Of a DNA stretch of 51,405 bases, positions 27,284 to 35,293 are shown piece after piece. Numbering within the stretch: position 1 is the first letter of the stretch; each line of letters starts with the position of its first letter. The notes below the pieces were generated by a model that was not told the origin of the DNA, did no database searches, and was given only the letters and a program-made list of their open reading frames with translations. This stretch comes from Clostridiales bacterium (lineage in GTDB: Bacteria; Bacillota; Clostridia; Oscillospirales; Oscillospiraceae), in the NCBI GenBank assembly GCA_022781505.1, contig JALETK010000103.1:1-51405 (forward strand), in the 5' to 3' direction. The translations under genes and the position numbers were made by a program.

Positions 27284-28033
27284 TTATAAAAACTGGGGAA
27301 CGTAGTGCTCCACCTGTTTAAACCACCAGGGCCAGTCGTGGCTGACGTCGTGCCCCCAGAAATCCACCTGGGCGTGGATGCCCTTGCTCTGGAGCACCCG
27401 CTGCAGGTGGGCGGTGCTCTCCTTCAGCTCGTCCTCCCAGGCGCCCTGGCCCACGCAGAAGACCATCTTCCGCTGGTTGTACATGGAGATATAGGGGTGA
27501 TCCCAGGGCATGTTGGCAAGGTAGGAGCAGGGGGTGTTCTGATACAGCAGGTCATCCATATAGTTTCCGAAGAACATCTGGGAGTCATACAGGCCGGACA
27601 GGGCCAGTACGGAGCCGAAGAGATCCGGGCGGCGGAAGAAGAGATTGGCCGCGTGCATGGCGCCCATGGAGCAGCCAAAGGTCATAATGGGCTGGTCAAA
27701 GCCGTTGCGCAGGCCGCTTAAGTGCCGGATGGTGGGCACCAGCTCGTCCACCGCGTAATGATACCACCGCTCGTGATTCTCAATCCGCCGCCGGGGGTTG
27801 CCGCCCAGGTCGGCGTAGGCCTCGCCGTCAATGCTGTCCATGGCGTACACCGTTACAAGACCCGGCTCAATCCACCTGGCCCAGGTGTCCGTCATGTGGA
27901 AATTCTCAAAGTCAAAAAACCGCCCGCCCTGGCAGGGGATGAACAGCACCGGCTTTCCACGGTGGCCGTAGACCTTGAACTCCATATCCCGGCTGAGAGC
28001 GCCGCTGTAGTGCTTGAAATATCTCACTTCCAT
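27284..28033 (-). CDS. Esterase-family alpha/beta hydrolase
   Basis: GCSMG nucleophile elbow, LSGLYD, GQGAWE, HDWPWW; start at 28033 (MEVRYF). Confidence 0.87.
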   Translation of the reverse strand: MEVRYFKHYSGALSRDMEFKVYGHRGKPVLFIPCQGGRFFDFENFHMTDTWARWIEPGLVTVYAMDSIDGEAYADLGGNPRRRIENHERWYHYAVDELVPTIRHLSGLRNGFDQPIMTFGCSMGAMHAANLFFRRPDLFGSVLALSGLYDSQMFFGNYMDDLLYQNTPCSYLANMPWDHPYISMYNQRKMVFCVGQGAWEDELKESTAHLQRVLQSKGIHAQVDFWGHDVSHDWPWWFKQVEHYVPQFL

Positions 28034-28135
28034 ATACTTTCCCTCTTTAAATGAAAAATTATAAAAATAAAAGACTGCCCACCGGAGAACGCCGCCGCAG
28101 GTGGGTTCTCTCAGGTGGGCGGTCAAAGGCCGTTG

Positions 28136-28891
28136 TCACAGCCCCAGGCAGTCCATGAAAATCGGAATCTGCTGCTCCCAGGAGGCCTCGGAGTGGGTTC
28201 CGCCGGGTACAATGCGGAACGCCAGGTTCACCCGCTTGGTGAGAAGCAGGTGGGCCACGGAGATCAGGGCTTCGGCACTGGCAGCGTGATTCAGCATCTC
28301 CTTGCTGCCGTAATCCATATAGATGCAGGTGTCGTTCTGAATGTTCTGATGGGCGATCATCTCCACGGACTTCCCGGGAGCCACCCACAGGCTGGGGGAG
28401 AGGCAGGCGGCCCGCTGGAACACATGGTTGTAAACGGTTGCACCGTACAGAGCCATCAGTCCGCCCATGGAGGACCCACAGATGATGGTATTCTCCCGGC
28501 CGGGGAGGGTGCGGTAGGTGGCGTCAATCTCCGGCTTCAGAGTGCCCACCAGCCAGTCCATGTAGAGCTTTCCCTTGCTCTTGACGGCGCCCAGGGTGGC
28601 GTTTTCAAAGTCAAAGGGGGCGTACTCCATGAGCCGCTGGTTCCCCTCGTGGTTGCACTCCACGGCCACAATGATGAGGGGCGTCCGGGTCCAGGTCATA
28701 TAGCTGTTCATGCCCCAGGACTTGCCATAGGTGGCATCCGAGTCGAAAAAGACGTTGTGCCCGTCAAACATATACATCACCGGAAAGCGGCGGGTGGGAT
28801 CGTCATTGTAGTAGTCCGGCAGGTAGATATAGGCCCTGCGGGGCTTCTCTCCGGTCAGGGCGGGGACGGTGACATTCTGCTTGATTACCAT
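28136..28891 (-). CDS. Esterase-family alpha/beta hydrolase
   Basis: IYLP, PVMYMFDGHNVF, GSSMGG elbow, GGTHSEASW; start at 28891 (MVIKQN) after GGAGG. Confidence 0.87.
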   Translation of the reverse strand: MVIKQNVTVPALTGEKPRRAYIYLPDYYNDDPTRRFPVMYMFDGHNVFFDSDATYGKSWGMNSYMTWTRTPLIIVAVECNHEGNQRLMEYAPFDFENATLGAVKSKGKLYMDWLVGTLKPEIDATYRTLPGRENTIICGSSMGGLMALYGATVYNHVFQRAACLSPSLWVAPGKSVEMIAHQNIQNDTCIYMDYGSKEMLNHAASAEALISVAHLLLTKRVNLAFRIVPGGTHSEASWEQQIPIFMDCLGL

Positions 28892-29144
28892 GGGGGGATT
28901 TCCTCCGTTCATAGGCTGTTTTTCCCGGGAGCCTGAATTATCCCCATGCTGCTCCCGTTTTATGGTCAGGATCATTGGGGCGGTATTGGCATCCGGCGCG
29001 CAGATGAAATTGCCTGCCTATTCCGCAGGCGCCATGTGGTAAAAACCCAGGCAAATTCTCCGGCTGCCTGGGGTTTCTGCCGAAACCATAGGGAGGACAG
29101 CCGCTCCGATGCGCCCCAATGAATGGTGCAGGTGCTTTTCCTTT

Positions 29145-29173
29145 AGTATAATAGTGCTTTTAACGGTTGTCAA
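29145..29173 (-). promoter_or_regulatory. SigA promoter of the hydrolase/ATP-grasp operon with a leader of about 250 nt
   Basis: TTGACA (29173-29168), 17 bp, TATACT (29150-29145). Confidence 0.75.
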
Positions 29174-29232
29174 TTTGCAAACTTACAAATTTCACTTCAC
29201 TTTTTTCCGATTCTTCGGCATTTTGCCGGGGC

Positions 29233-29281
29233 AAAAACCCGGGGCCCTTCTGAACCGTGCTCAGAAGGGCCCCGGGATTTT
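29233..29281 (-). terminator. Intrinsic terminator of rnj
   Basis: cccggggcccttctga/tcagaagggccccggg stem with a U-tract on the minus strand. Confidence 0.75.
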
Positions 29282-30935
29282 AGATTTCCATAATCACCGG
29301 CAGAATCATGGGGTTGCGCTTGGTGGTTTTGAAGAGGTAGCCGGACAGGTCATTTTTGATGGTGGACTTGATGGTGGCCCAGTCCCGGACGCCCTTCTTC
29401 CGGCAGCGCTCCAGGGAGTCGATGGCCAGAAGCCGCAGATCCTCCATGAGGGTCTCAGACTCCTTCACATACACAAAGCCACGGGTGATGATGTCCGGGC
29501 CGGTGAGGATGGTGCCGTCCTGGCTGGACAGGTTGACGCAGACCACCAGCATACCGTCCTGGGCCAGGTGCTTCCGGTCCCGGAGCACCACGCTGCCCAC
29601 GTCGCCCACGCCGGTGCCGTCCACCAGAACCTTTCCGGCGGGAACGGTGCCGTTTACCTTGCAGCTGCGGCTGGAGAGTTCAATCACCTGGCCGATGTCG
29701 GAGATGATGATGTTCTTGGGATTCATGCCCATCTGCTTTGCCAGCTTGGCGTGAAGCTGCAGGTGCCGCTGCTCTCCGTGGACGGGGATGAAGAACTTGG
29801 GCTTGGTGAGGGCGTGGATGATTTTCAGCTCCTCCTGGCAGGCGTGGCCGGAGACGTGGAGCCCCTCGGACTTCTCGTAGACCACCTCGGCCCCCTTCCG
29901 GTACAGCTCGTTGATGATCTTGGAGATGGCCTTCTCATTGCCGGGAATGGCGGAGGCGGAGATGATGATCCGGTCCCCGGGCTGAATCTCCACCTGCTTG
30001 TGGGTGGAGAAGGCCATGCGGTACAGGGCGGACATGTTCTCCCCCTGGGAGCCGGTGGAGACGATGACCACCTTGTCCTTGGGCAGGCTCTTGATGGTGG
30101 CGATGTCCACAATGGTGTTGGCGGGGGCCTTCAGATAGTTGAGCTCCGTGGCCACCTTCAGCATGTTTTCCATGCTGCGCCCGGTGACGGCCACCTTCCG
30201 GCCGTAGCGGTGGGCGGTCTGGAGCACCGCCTGAATGCGGTGCATGTTGGAGGCGAAGGTGGTGACGATGATCCGCTCCCCGCAGTTCTTGAACTGACGG
30301 TCCAGGCTCTCGGCCACCACCTGCTCGGAGGGGGTGTAGCCGGTGCGCTCCACGTTGGTGGAGTCACACAGGAGGGCCAGAACGCCCTCGTTGCCCAGAA
30401 CGCCCAGGCGTCCCAGATCCATCATGTCTCCCTCGGCGGTGGGGTCGATTTTGAAGTCGCCGGTCATGACCACCTTGCCCACGGGGGTGGTGATGCAGAA
30501 GCACACGGCGTCGGCGATGGAGTGGTTCACATGAATGAACTCCACCTGGAAGCAGCCGGCCTTCACCACGTCTCCCGGCTGGTGATTGATGAGCTTTACC
30601 TTATCCGCCAGGCCGTGCTCCTCCAGCTTCAGGCGGATGAGGCCGCCGGTCATGGGGGTCACATGGACGGGAGCCATGACCTGCTGCAGGGCGTAGGGCA
30701 GAGAGCCGATGTGGTCCTCGTGGCCGTGGGTGATGAAGAAGCCCCGGAGCTTGTCCTGATTCTTCACCAGATAGGTGAAGTCGGGAATCACCAGATCCAC
30801 GCCGTACATGTCATCCTCGGGGAAGCCCACGCCGCAGTCCACCACGATCATGTCCTTGCCGTACTCCAGGGCGGTGATGTTCTTGCCAATCTCGTTGAGA
30901 CCGCCCAGGGGGATAATTTTCAGTTTTTCAGCCAA
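29280..30935 (-). CDS. rnj: Ribonuclease J
   Basis: PLGGLNEIGKN, THGHEDHIG, NHSIAD, TGDFK, GSQGE, HVSGHA, PVHGE, RNPMILPVIME; TTG start. Confidence 0.96.
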   Translation of the reverse strand: MAEKLKIIPLGGLNEIGKNITALEYGKDMIVVDCGVGFPEDDMYGVDLVIPDFTYLVKNQDKLRGFFITHGHEDHIGSLPYALQQVMAPVHVTPMTGGLIRLKLEEHGLADKVKLINHQPGDVVKAGCFQVEFIHVNHSIADAVCFCITTPVGKVVMTGDFKIDPTAEGDMMDLGRLGVLGNEGVLALLCDSTNVERTGYTPSEQVVAESLDRQFKNCGERIIVTTFASNMHRIQAVLQTAHRYGRKVAVTGRSMENMLKVATELNYLKAPANTIVDIATIKSLPKDKVVIVSTGSQGENMSALYRMAFSTHKQVEIQPGDRIIISASAIPGNEKAISKIINELYRKGAEVVYEKSEGLHVSGHACQEELKIIHALTKPKFFIPVHGEQRHLQLHAKLAKQMGMNPKNIIISDIGQVIELSSRSCKVNGTVPAGKVLVDGTGVGDVGSVVLRDRKHLAQDGMLVVCVNLSSQDGTILTGPDIITRGFVYVKESETLMEDLRLLAIDSLERCRKKGVRDWATIKSTIKNDLSGYLFKTTKRNPMILPVIMEI

Positions 30936-31429
30936 ATGTTATACAACTCCTTTATGATTGAAACTGTCGGGCTGAACCGACGAACCAGAGGGAAATCTCC
31001 CTATGTATGCTGTTTGTTGACGCAGGAAAAGGGCACAGCAAAGCTGCACCCGCACCGCCCGGCTTTTTCCCGTCCGCCGGACGCGACGAATGCCTGTATC
31101 CGAAATTCAAAAACGCGCAGGAGTGGACTGCGCGGAAATGACAGCGTCAATGCGCAATTACCCTTATTATAGCACACCTGCCGGAAAAAGTATACTATCT
31201 TTTTTTCGCATGGCGGAATTGCAGGATGGAAAAGACTAAATCGTCATTTTACAGCAAATTCTGCCATTCTTTTTGTTTACTACTACATGTTGCAATCTAT
31301 CATAACAAAAGCTATTATAATATAAAAGATAATGCATGTTACCTTCATAAATGGCAATGACTGGGCCGTTGTACTGAGCAGAACCAAAATGAAATGTAAA
31401 CTGGAAAAGATGAAAGGAGCTGCGTTTTC

Positions 31430-32608
31430 ATGCACATCAACTGGAAAAGGATCCTGCTGGTATCCGGTCTGGCGGTTCTGGCGATGCTTTCGGGCTGCCA
31501 GGAGCCGGGGGGCCGGGTTACAGAGCAAACGGATGGTTTGCAGCCGGAGGATATAAATCCAACGCATATCTATGAGGAGGTTCGGGAGGGCTTTCTCATT
31601 GATGCCGAGGTGACGGGTGCGCCGGAGGGGGTGACGCCCAAGGTGTACGTTGGGACACTCCCCACCTACCGGCGGGAGGCGGTGGATGCCTTTCTTTCCC
31701 ATGTTGGCGACAGTATTTCTGAAATCATATCGGATGAACGCATTGACGAATCATATTCATTCTGCGTCACATGTACCAGCGGTGGCCGGCTGGTCTGCAG
31801 AGACAGTGTGAACAATAATTTTGAACATTGGGTTTTCAACTATTTTAATCCCGTTACGGACAGATTTTACGATAGCGCCGTTTTATACTGCACGCCTGAC
31901 GAGGCCAAGATTTATTCGCAATATAAATATAATATGAATCTCTATGAGGAGGAGAAGGACTTCGCCTTTGCCTCGGCGGCAGAAGCGGAGCAGGAGGTGC
32001 GGGATACGCTGGAGCTTCTTGGCGTTCAGGGCCTTGTCCTCCAAAAGACCCTGTACCTGGATCATTCCGCCCTGGAGAAGGCTTACGGTCAGGAGCTGGT
32101 TCAGCGGCTGTTTTTGGGGGACGATGGCGCTTCCCCCGCCGAGTATGAGGAGCGCAGCTGGTCTGAGGCAGATGACGGCTACATGTTTATGTTCTGCGCC
32201 GGAGTGGATGGGATCCCCATGATGAACAGTGGCTGGACTTCCCAGACCTATACCTATGGGCCTTCCCAGGTGCTTGTCCGCATCAATGAAACTGGAATCA
32301 CTTACATCAGCGCGCATAATCCGTGGATGTTTGGGGAGGTGGCGGAGCAGCCGGAGCATCTTCTCACGGCTTCGGAGGCCCTTGCGGTGGCGAAGGAGCG
32401 GCTGAGGGATGTGATCCTGGGCCATGATATCATAATTGACCGTGCAAATCTGCTGTATTATTCCATACAGGACAGGGACAGATGGACCTTGGTCCCGGTG
32501 TGGGAAATTGCGGTGCTTCATAAGGGCAGTACCATCGTTGATGGCGAGGCTTTTGATGACTACACATACATTGTGGTCAACGCAGTGACGGGAAAAGAGA
32601 TTGTCTGA
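31430..32608 (+). CDS. Lipoprotein associated with an ABC exporter cassette
   Basis: AAAGGAG RBS; lipobox LSGC; acidic; C-terminal LVPVWEI...VNAVTGKEI PepSY-like motif; lower GC. Confidence 0.8.
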   Translation: MHINWKRILLVSGLAVLAMLSGCQEPGGRVTEQTDGLQPEDINPTHIYEEVREGFLIDAEVTGAPEGVTPKVYVGTLPTYRREAVDAFLSHVGDSISEIISDERIDESYSFCVTCTSGGRLVCRDSVNNNFEHWVFNYFNPVTDRFYDSAVLYCTPDEAKIYSQYKYNMNLYEEEKDFAFASAAEAEQEVRDTLELLGVQGLVLQKTLYLDHSALEKAYGQELVQRLFLGDDGASPAEYEERSWSEADDGYMFMFCAGVDGIPMMNSGWTSQTYTYGPSQVLVRINETGITYISAHNPWMFGEVAEQPEHLLTASEALAVAKERLRDVILGHDIIIDRANLLYYSIQDRDRWTLVPVWEIAVLHKGSTIVDGEAFDDYTYIVVNAVTGKEIV

Positions 32609-32802
32609 GCCTTACGGAGGCTTGCTCCGTTTGCTGGCAGTGCGCACATGAGAGCATTCCCGGGTGAGGCGGGGCTGCCCATTTGTGCGTTTGCCAAATA
32701 AATCCGCCGGGGCAATTGCGTAAATGCAACGAAAACTGTGAATTGGATGAAGGAGGACAAGAAAATGAGATCTGCATGTTTGTCAAGCGCCGGAGGCGCT
32801 TT

Positions 32803-33591
32803 ATGAGGGCGCTGAGGCGGATGCTGCGAGTGGATCTGCACCGCAGCATTGTTTCCCCCCGTTTTTTATTTGCCTGCATACTGACGCTGGCTTGGCTGAC
32901 GGTCAATGCTTCGGACTATGTGCTGAAGGATAACTTTTTAGATATCTCTCCCATGGCGCTGGTTCTGAACGCAGCCACCATCAGCACCTATCACTTTGGC
33001 GACCTGATTTTCGCCATTTCGGCGGTGACCTATGCCTGGAGCTATTGCCAGGACGCGGAAAGCGGCTTCTTCCTCCAGGCGGTGCAGCGGGTAGGCCTGG
33101 GCCGGTACTGCCTTGCCCGGATTCTGACGGTCTGCATCTCCGCAATTCTGACGGCCTTTACGGCGATGACCGTATTTGTGCTCTACCTCCTCACCCTGAA
33201 TCTGCCGCCGGAGGATGCCTTTATCCTGGAGGGTGGTCAGGCATTTTTGACCATTGCCGGAAGGTATGGCTTCATACCCTACTTTCTGGTTCGGCTCACC
33301 GTCACCGGTCTCACCTGCGCCCTGGCCGCCATGTTTGGGCTGATGGTTTCGTCCTTCATCAGCAATGTCTATCTGGCAATTTTATCCCCCATATCGGCTT
33401 TATACATCTTCAAAATTATTTTTAATACCCTAGGCATCAGAGATAACAAATGGTACTTGAATATTGTGGCCTTTGGACAGGCCTTCCCGGACGATTGGAA
33501 GAGCTTCCTCTGGGCGGTGTGCTATCTGTTGATTCTGATTGTTGCCTGCGGGTGTGTCTTCTACAGGCGGCTGCAAAAGGAGGGGACATGA
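32803..33591 (+). CDS. ABC-2-type exporter permease
   Basis: About 6 TM helices; GGAGG RBS before the ATG at 32803; in an operon with an ABC ATPase. Confidence 0.75.
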   Translation: MRALRRMLRVDLHRSIVSPRFLFACILTLAWLTVNASDYVLKDNFLDISPMALVLNAATISTYHFGDLIFAISAVTYAWSYCQDAESGFFLQAVQRVGLGRYCLARILTVCISAILTAFTAMTVFVLYLLTLNLPPEDAFILEGGQAFLTIAGRYGFIPYFLVRLTVTGLTCALAAMFGLMVSSFISNVYLAILSPISALYIFKIIFNTLGIRDNKWYLNIVAFGQAFPDDWKSFLWAVCYLLILIVACGCVFYRRLQKEGT

Positions 33592-34439
33592 TGGGAGCGT
33601 TCAAGTGCTGTAAGTTGAATTTTCTCCAGTGGAGAACCAACTGGAAATACCCCGTCTGTGGCATTTTCCTGCTGGTCATCACCTGGAATACGCTGCACGG
33701 CTTTTCCGACTACGCCGAAGCCCTGGGATGCCCCATGCGTCCCTGGCTGCTGGCGCTGCTCCCCGGTGATCCGCATCGGTTTGTTCTTCCCATGCTGGCC
33801 TATTTGATGCTGATCAGCGATGCGCCCTTCCGGAACCGGCAGCAGCAATTCGTTTTGCAGCGGGTGGGAAAACGCACCTGGATCTGGGGGCAAATTCTAT
33901 ATCTGTTTTTTACCAGCGTTTTGTTTGCGGTGCTGCTCTGGGTGCTCTCCTGGGTGTTTTTGCTCCCGAATCTGGAGTGGAAGGCCAGGTGGGGCCCAGC
34001 CATTCAGACGGCGGCACAGACCGGCAATCATATGCAGTATGCTTATGTGGTTATGAGCTACAATATTATACAAGACGCCACCCCCATTGTTGCCACAGCT
34101 TGGGTTTTCTTCATGCTGATTGCGGTCAACTTCCTCTTCGGACTGATTGTTACTGTCTGCAATCTGTGGGCAGGACGGGGCCTCGGGACAGCGATTGCCG
34201 TTTTCTTCTGCCTGGAGCCAATGATTATCGAGCTTTTCGGCTCGACAATTGGATTTGAACGGTTCCTGCTCTGGATGTCGCCGGTTTCCTGGCTCAATCG
34301 AAGCTATCTGCAGCATACAAATCAAAATTTACCTTCTGTCGGCTACGCAATCGCCATGACCTTGGGGATCAGCATTTTGCTGATATTGGTGATTGTGGGC
34401 ACCATTCACCGGTGCAACCTGGATGCAAATAAGGAGTGA
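33588..34439 (+). CDS. ABC-2-type exporter permease
   Basis: Multi-TM with SDAPF...QFVLQRVGKRTW motif; ATGA overlap with the previous gene. Confidence 0.75.
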   Translation: MMGAFKCCKLNFLQWRTNWKYPVCGIFLLVITWNTLHGFSDYAEALGCPMRPWLLALLPGDPHRFVLPMLAYLMLISDAPFRNRQQQFVLQRVGKRTWIWGQILYLFFTSVLFAVLLWVLSWVFLLPNLEWKARWGPAIQTAAQTGNHMQYAYVVMSYNIIQDATPIVATAWVFFMLIAVNFLFGLIVTVCNLWAGRGLGTAIAVFFCLEPMIIELFGSTIGFERFLLWMSPVSWLNRSYLQHTNQNLPSVGYAIAMTLGISILLILVIVGTIHRCNLDANKE

Positions 34440-34443
34440 GCAC

Positions 34444-35091
34444 ATGGAAAACGCCATAGAGATCAGACATGTGACCAAGCGGTTCAAAGAAAATGTTGCG
34501 GTAAACGATGTGACCGTCAGTTTTGAAAAGGGAAAAATTCACGGCATCATCGGCCGGAACGGCTCCGGGAAAACGGTGCTGTTCAAGTGCATCTGCGGTC
34601 TGTTTCCGGTGACAGAGGGGGAGATCACAGTTCTGGGGCAGGAAATTGGAGACGGGAAGCGGGTTCCCAAGGATGTGGGGGCCATTATCGAGTCCCCGGG
34701 CTTCCTGCCCAACTGCTCCGGTTATCAGAATCTGCGGTATCTCATGGAGCTGTCCGGCAAGGTGGACAAGGAGAGAATCCGGAACACCATCGCCCTGGTG
34801 GGACTTGATCCGGGCAGCAAAAAGCGCGTTGGAAAATACTCCCTGGGTATGCGCCAACGGCTGGGGCTGGCCCAGGCCATTATGGAGGACCCGCAGCTGC
34901 TGATTCTGGATGAGCCCATGAACGGTCTGGACAAGGGCGGTGTGGAGGAGATGCGGCAGCTGTTTTTACAGCTGAAAGAGCAGGGCAAAACCATTCTCAT
35001 CGCCTCTCACAACCCGGAGGACACCCGAATTCTCTGCGATACCCTGCATGAAATGGACGCGGGGGTGATGACGGAACGGGAGCTGCTGTGA
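34444..35091 (+). CDS. ABC exporter ATP-binding protein (BcrA/CcmA-like)
   Basis: GRNGSGKT, YSLGMRQRLG, LDEPMNGLD, IASH. Confidence 0.92.
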   Translation: MENAIEIRHVTKRFKENVAVNDVTVSFEKGKIHGIIGRNGSGKTVLFKCICGLFPVTEGEITVLGQEIGDGKRVPKDVGAIIESPGFLPNCSGYQNLRYLMELSGKVDKERIRNTIALVGLDPGSKKRVGKYSLGMRQRLGLAQAIMEDPQLLILDEPMNGLDKGGVEEMRQLFLQLKEQGKTILIASHNPEDTRILCDTLHEMDAGVMTERELL

Positions 35092-35110
35092 CGGGAATAC
35101 AAATGGACAT

Positions 35111-35153
35111 GCCGCCGTTGGGGAGAGGTCAAACCTCCTCCCAACGGCGGTGC
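35111..35153 (+). terminator. Hairpin after the ABC cassette
   Basis: gccgccgttgggga..gaggt/acctc..tcccaacggcggt. Confidence 0.55.
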
Positions 35154-35217
35154 ATTTGTCCGGTGGCTGCAATGGCTCCGAATTTTTGGTTTTAAGGTGT
35201 TTCTGCCGGGTTCCAGC

Positions 35218-35246
35218 TTGATTCTGAGGGGCCGGTCTGTTATAAT
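35218..35246 (+). promoter_or_regulatory. SigA promoter of the gdpP-rplI-dnaB operon
   Basis: TTGATT (35218-35223), 17 bp, TATAAT (35241-35246) with TG extension. Confidence 0.75.
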
Positions 35247-35293
35247 ATCTCCAAATATGGCTCTGCCGTGGGTGGAGCGGGAGGAGGGATTGT

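Noticed and set aside
31283-31702. Small ORFs 31332-31556 and 31283-31702 as bacteriocin precursors
   Set aside because: They overlap the lipoprotein gene or its promoter, lack an RBS, and show no double-glycine or Sec leader pattern.
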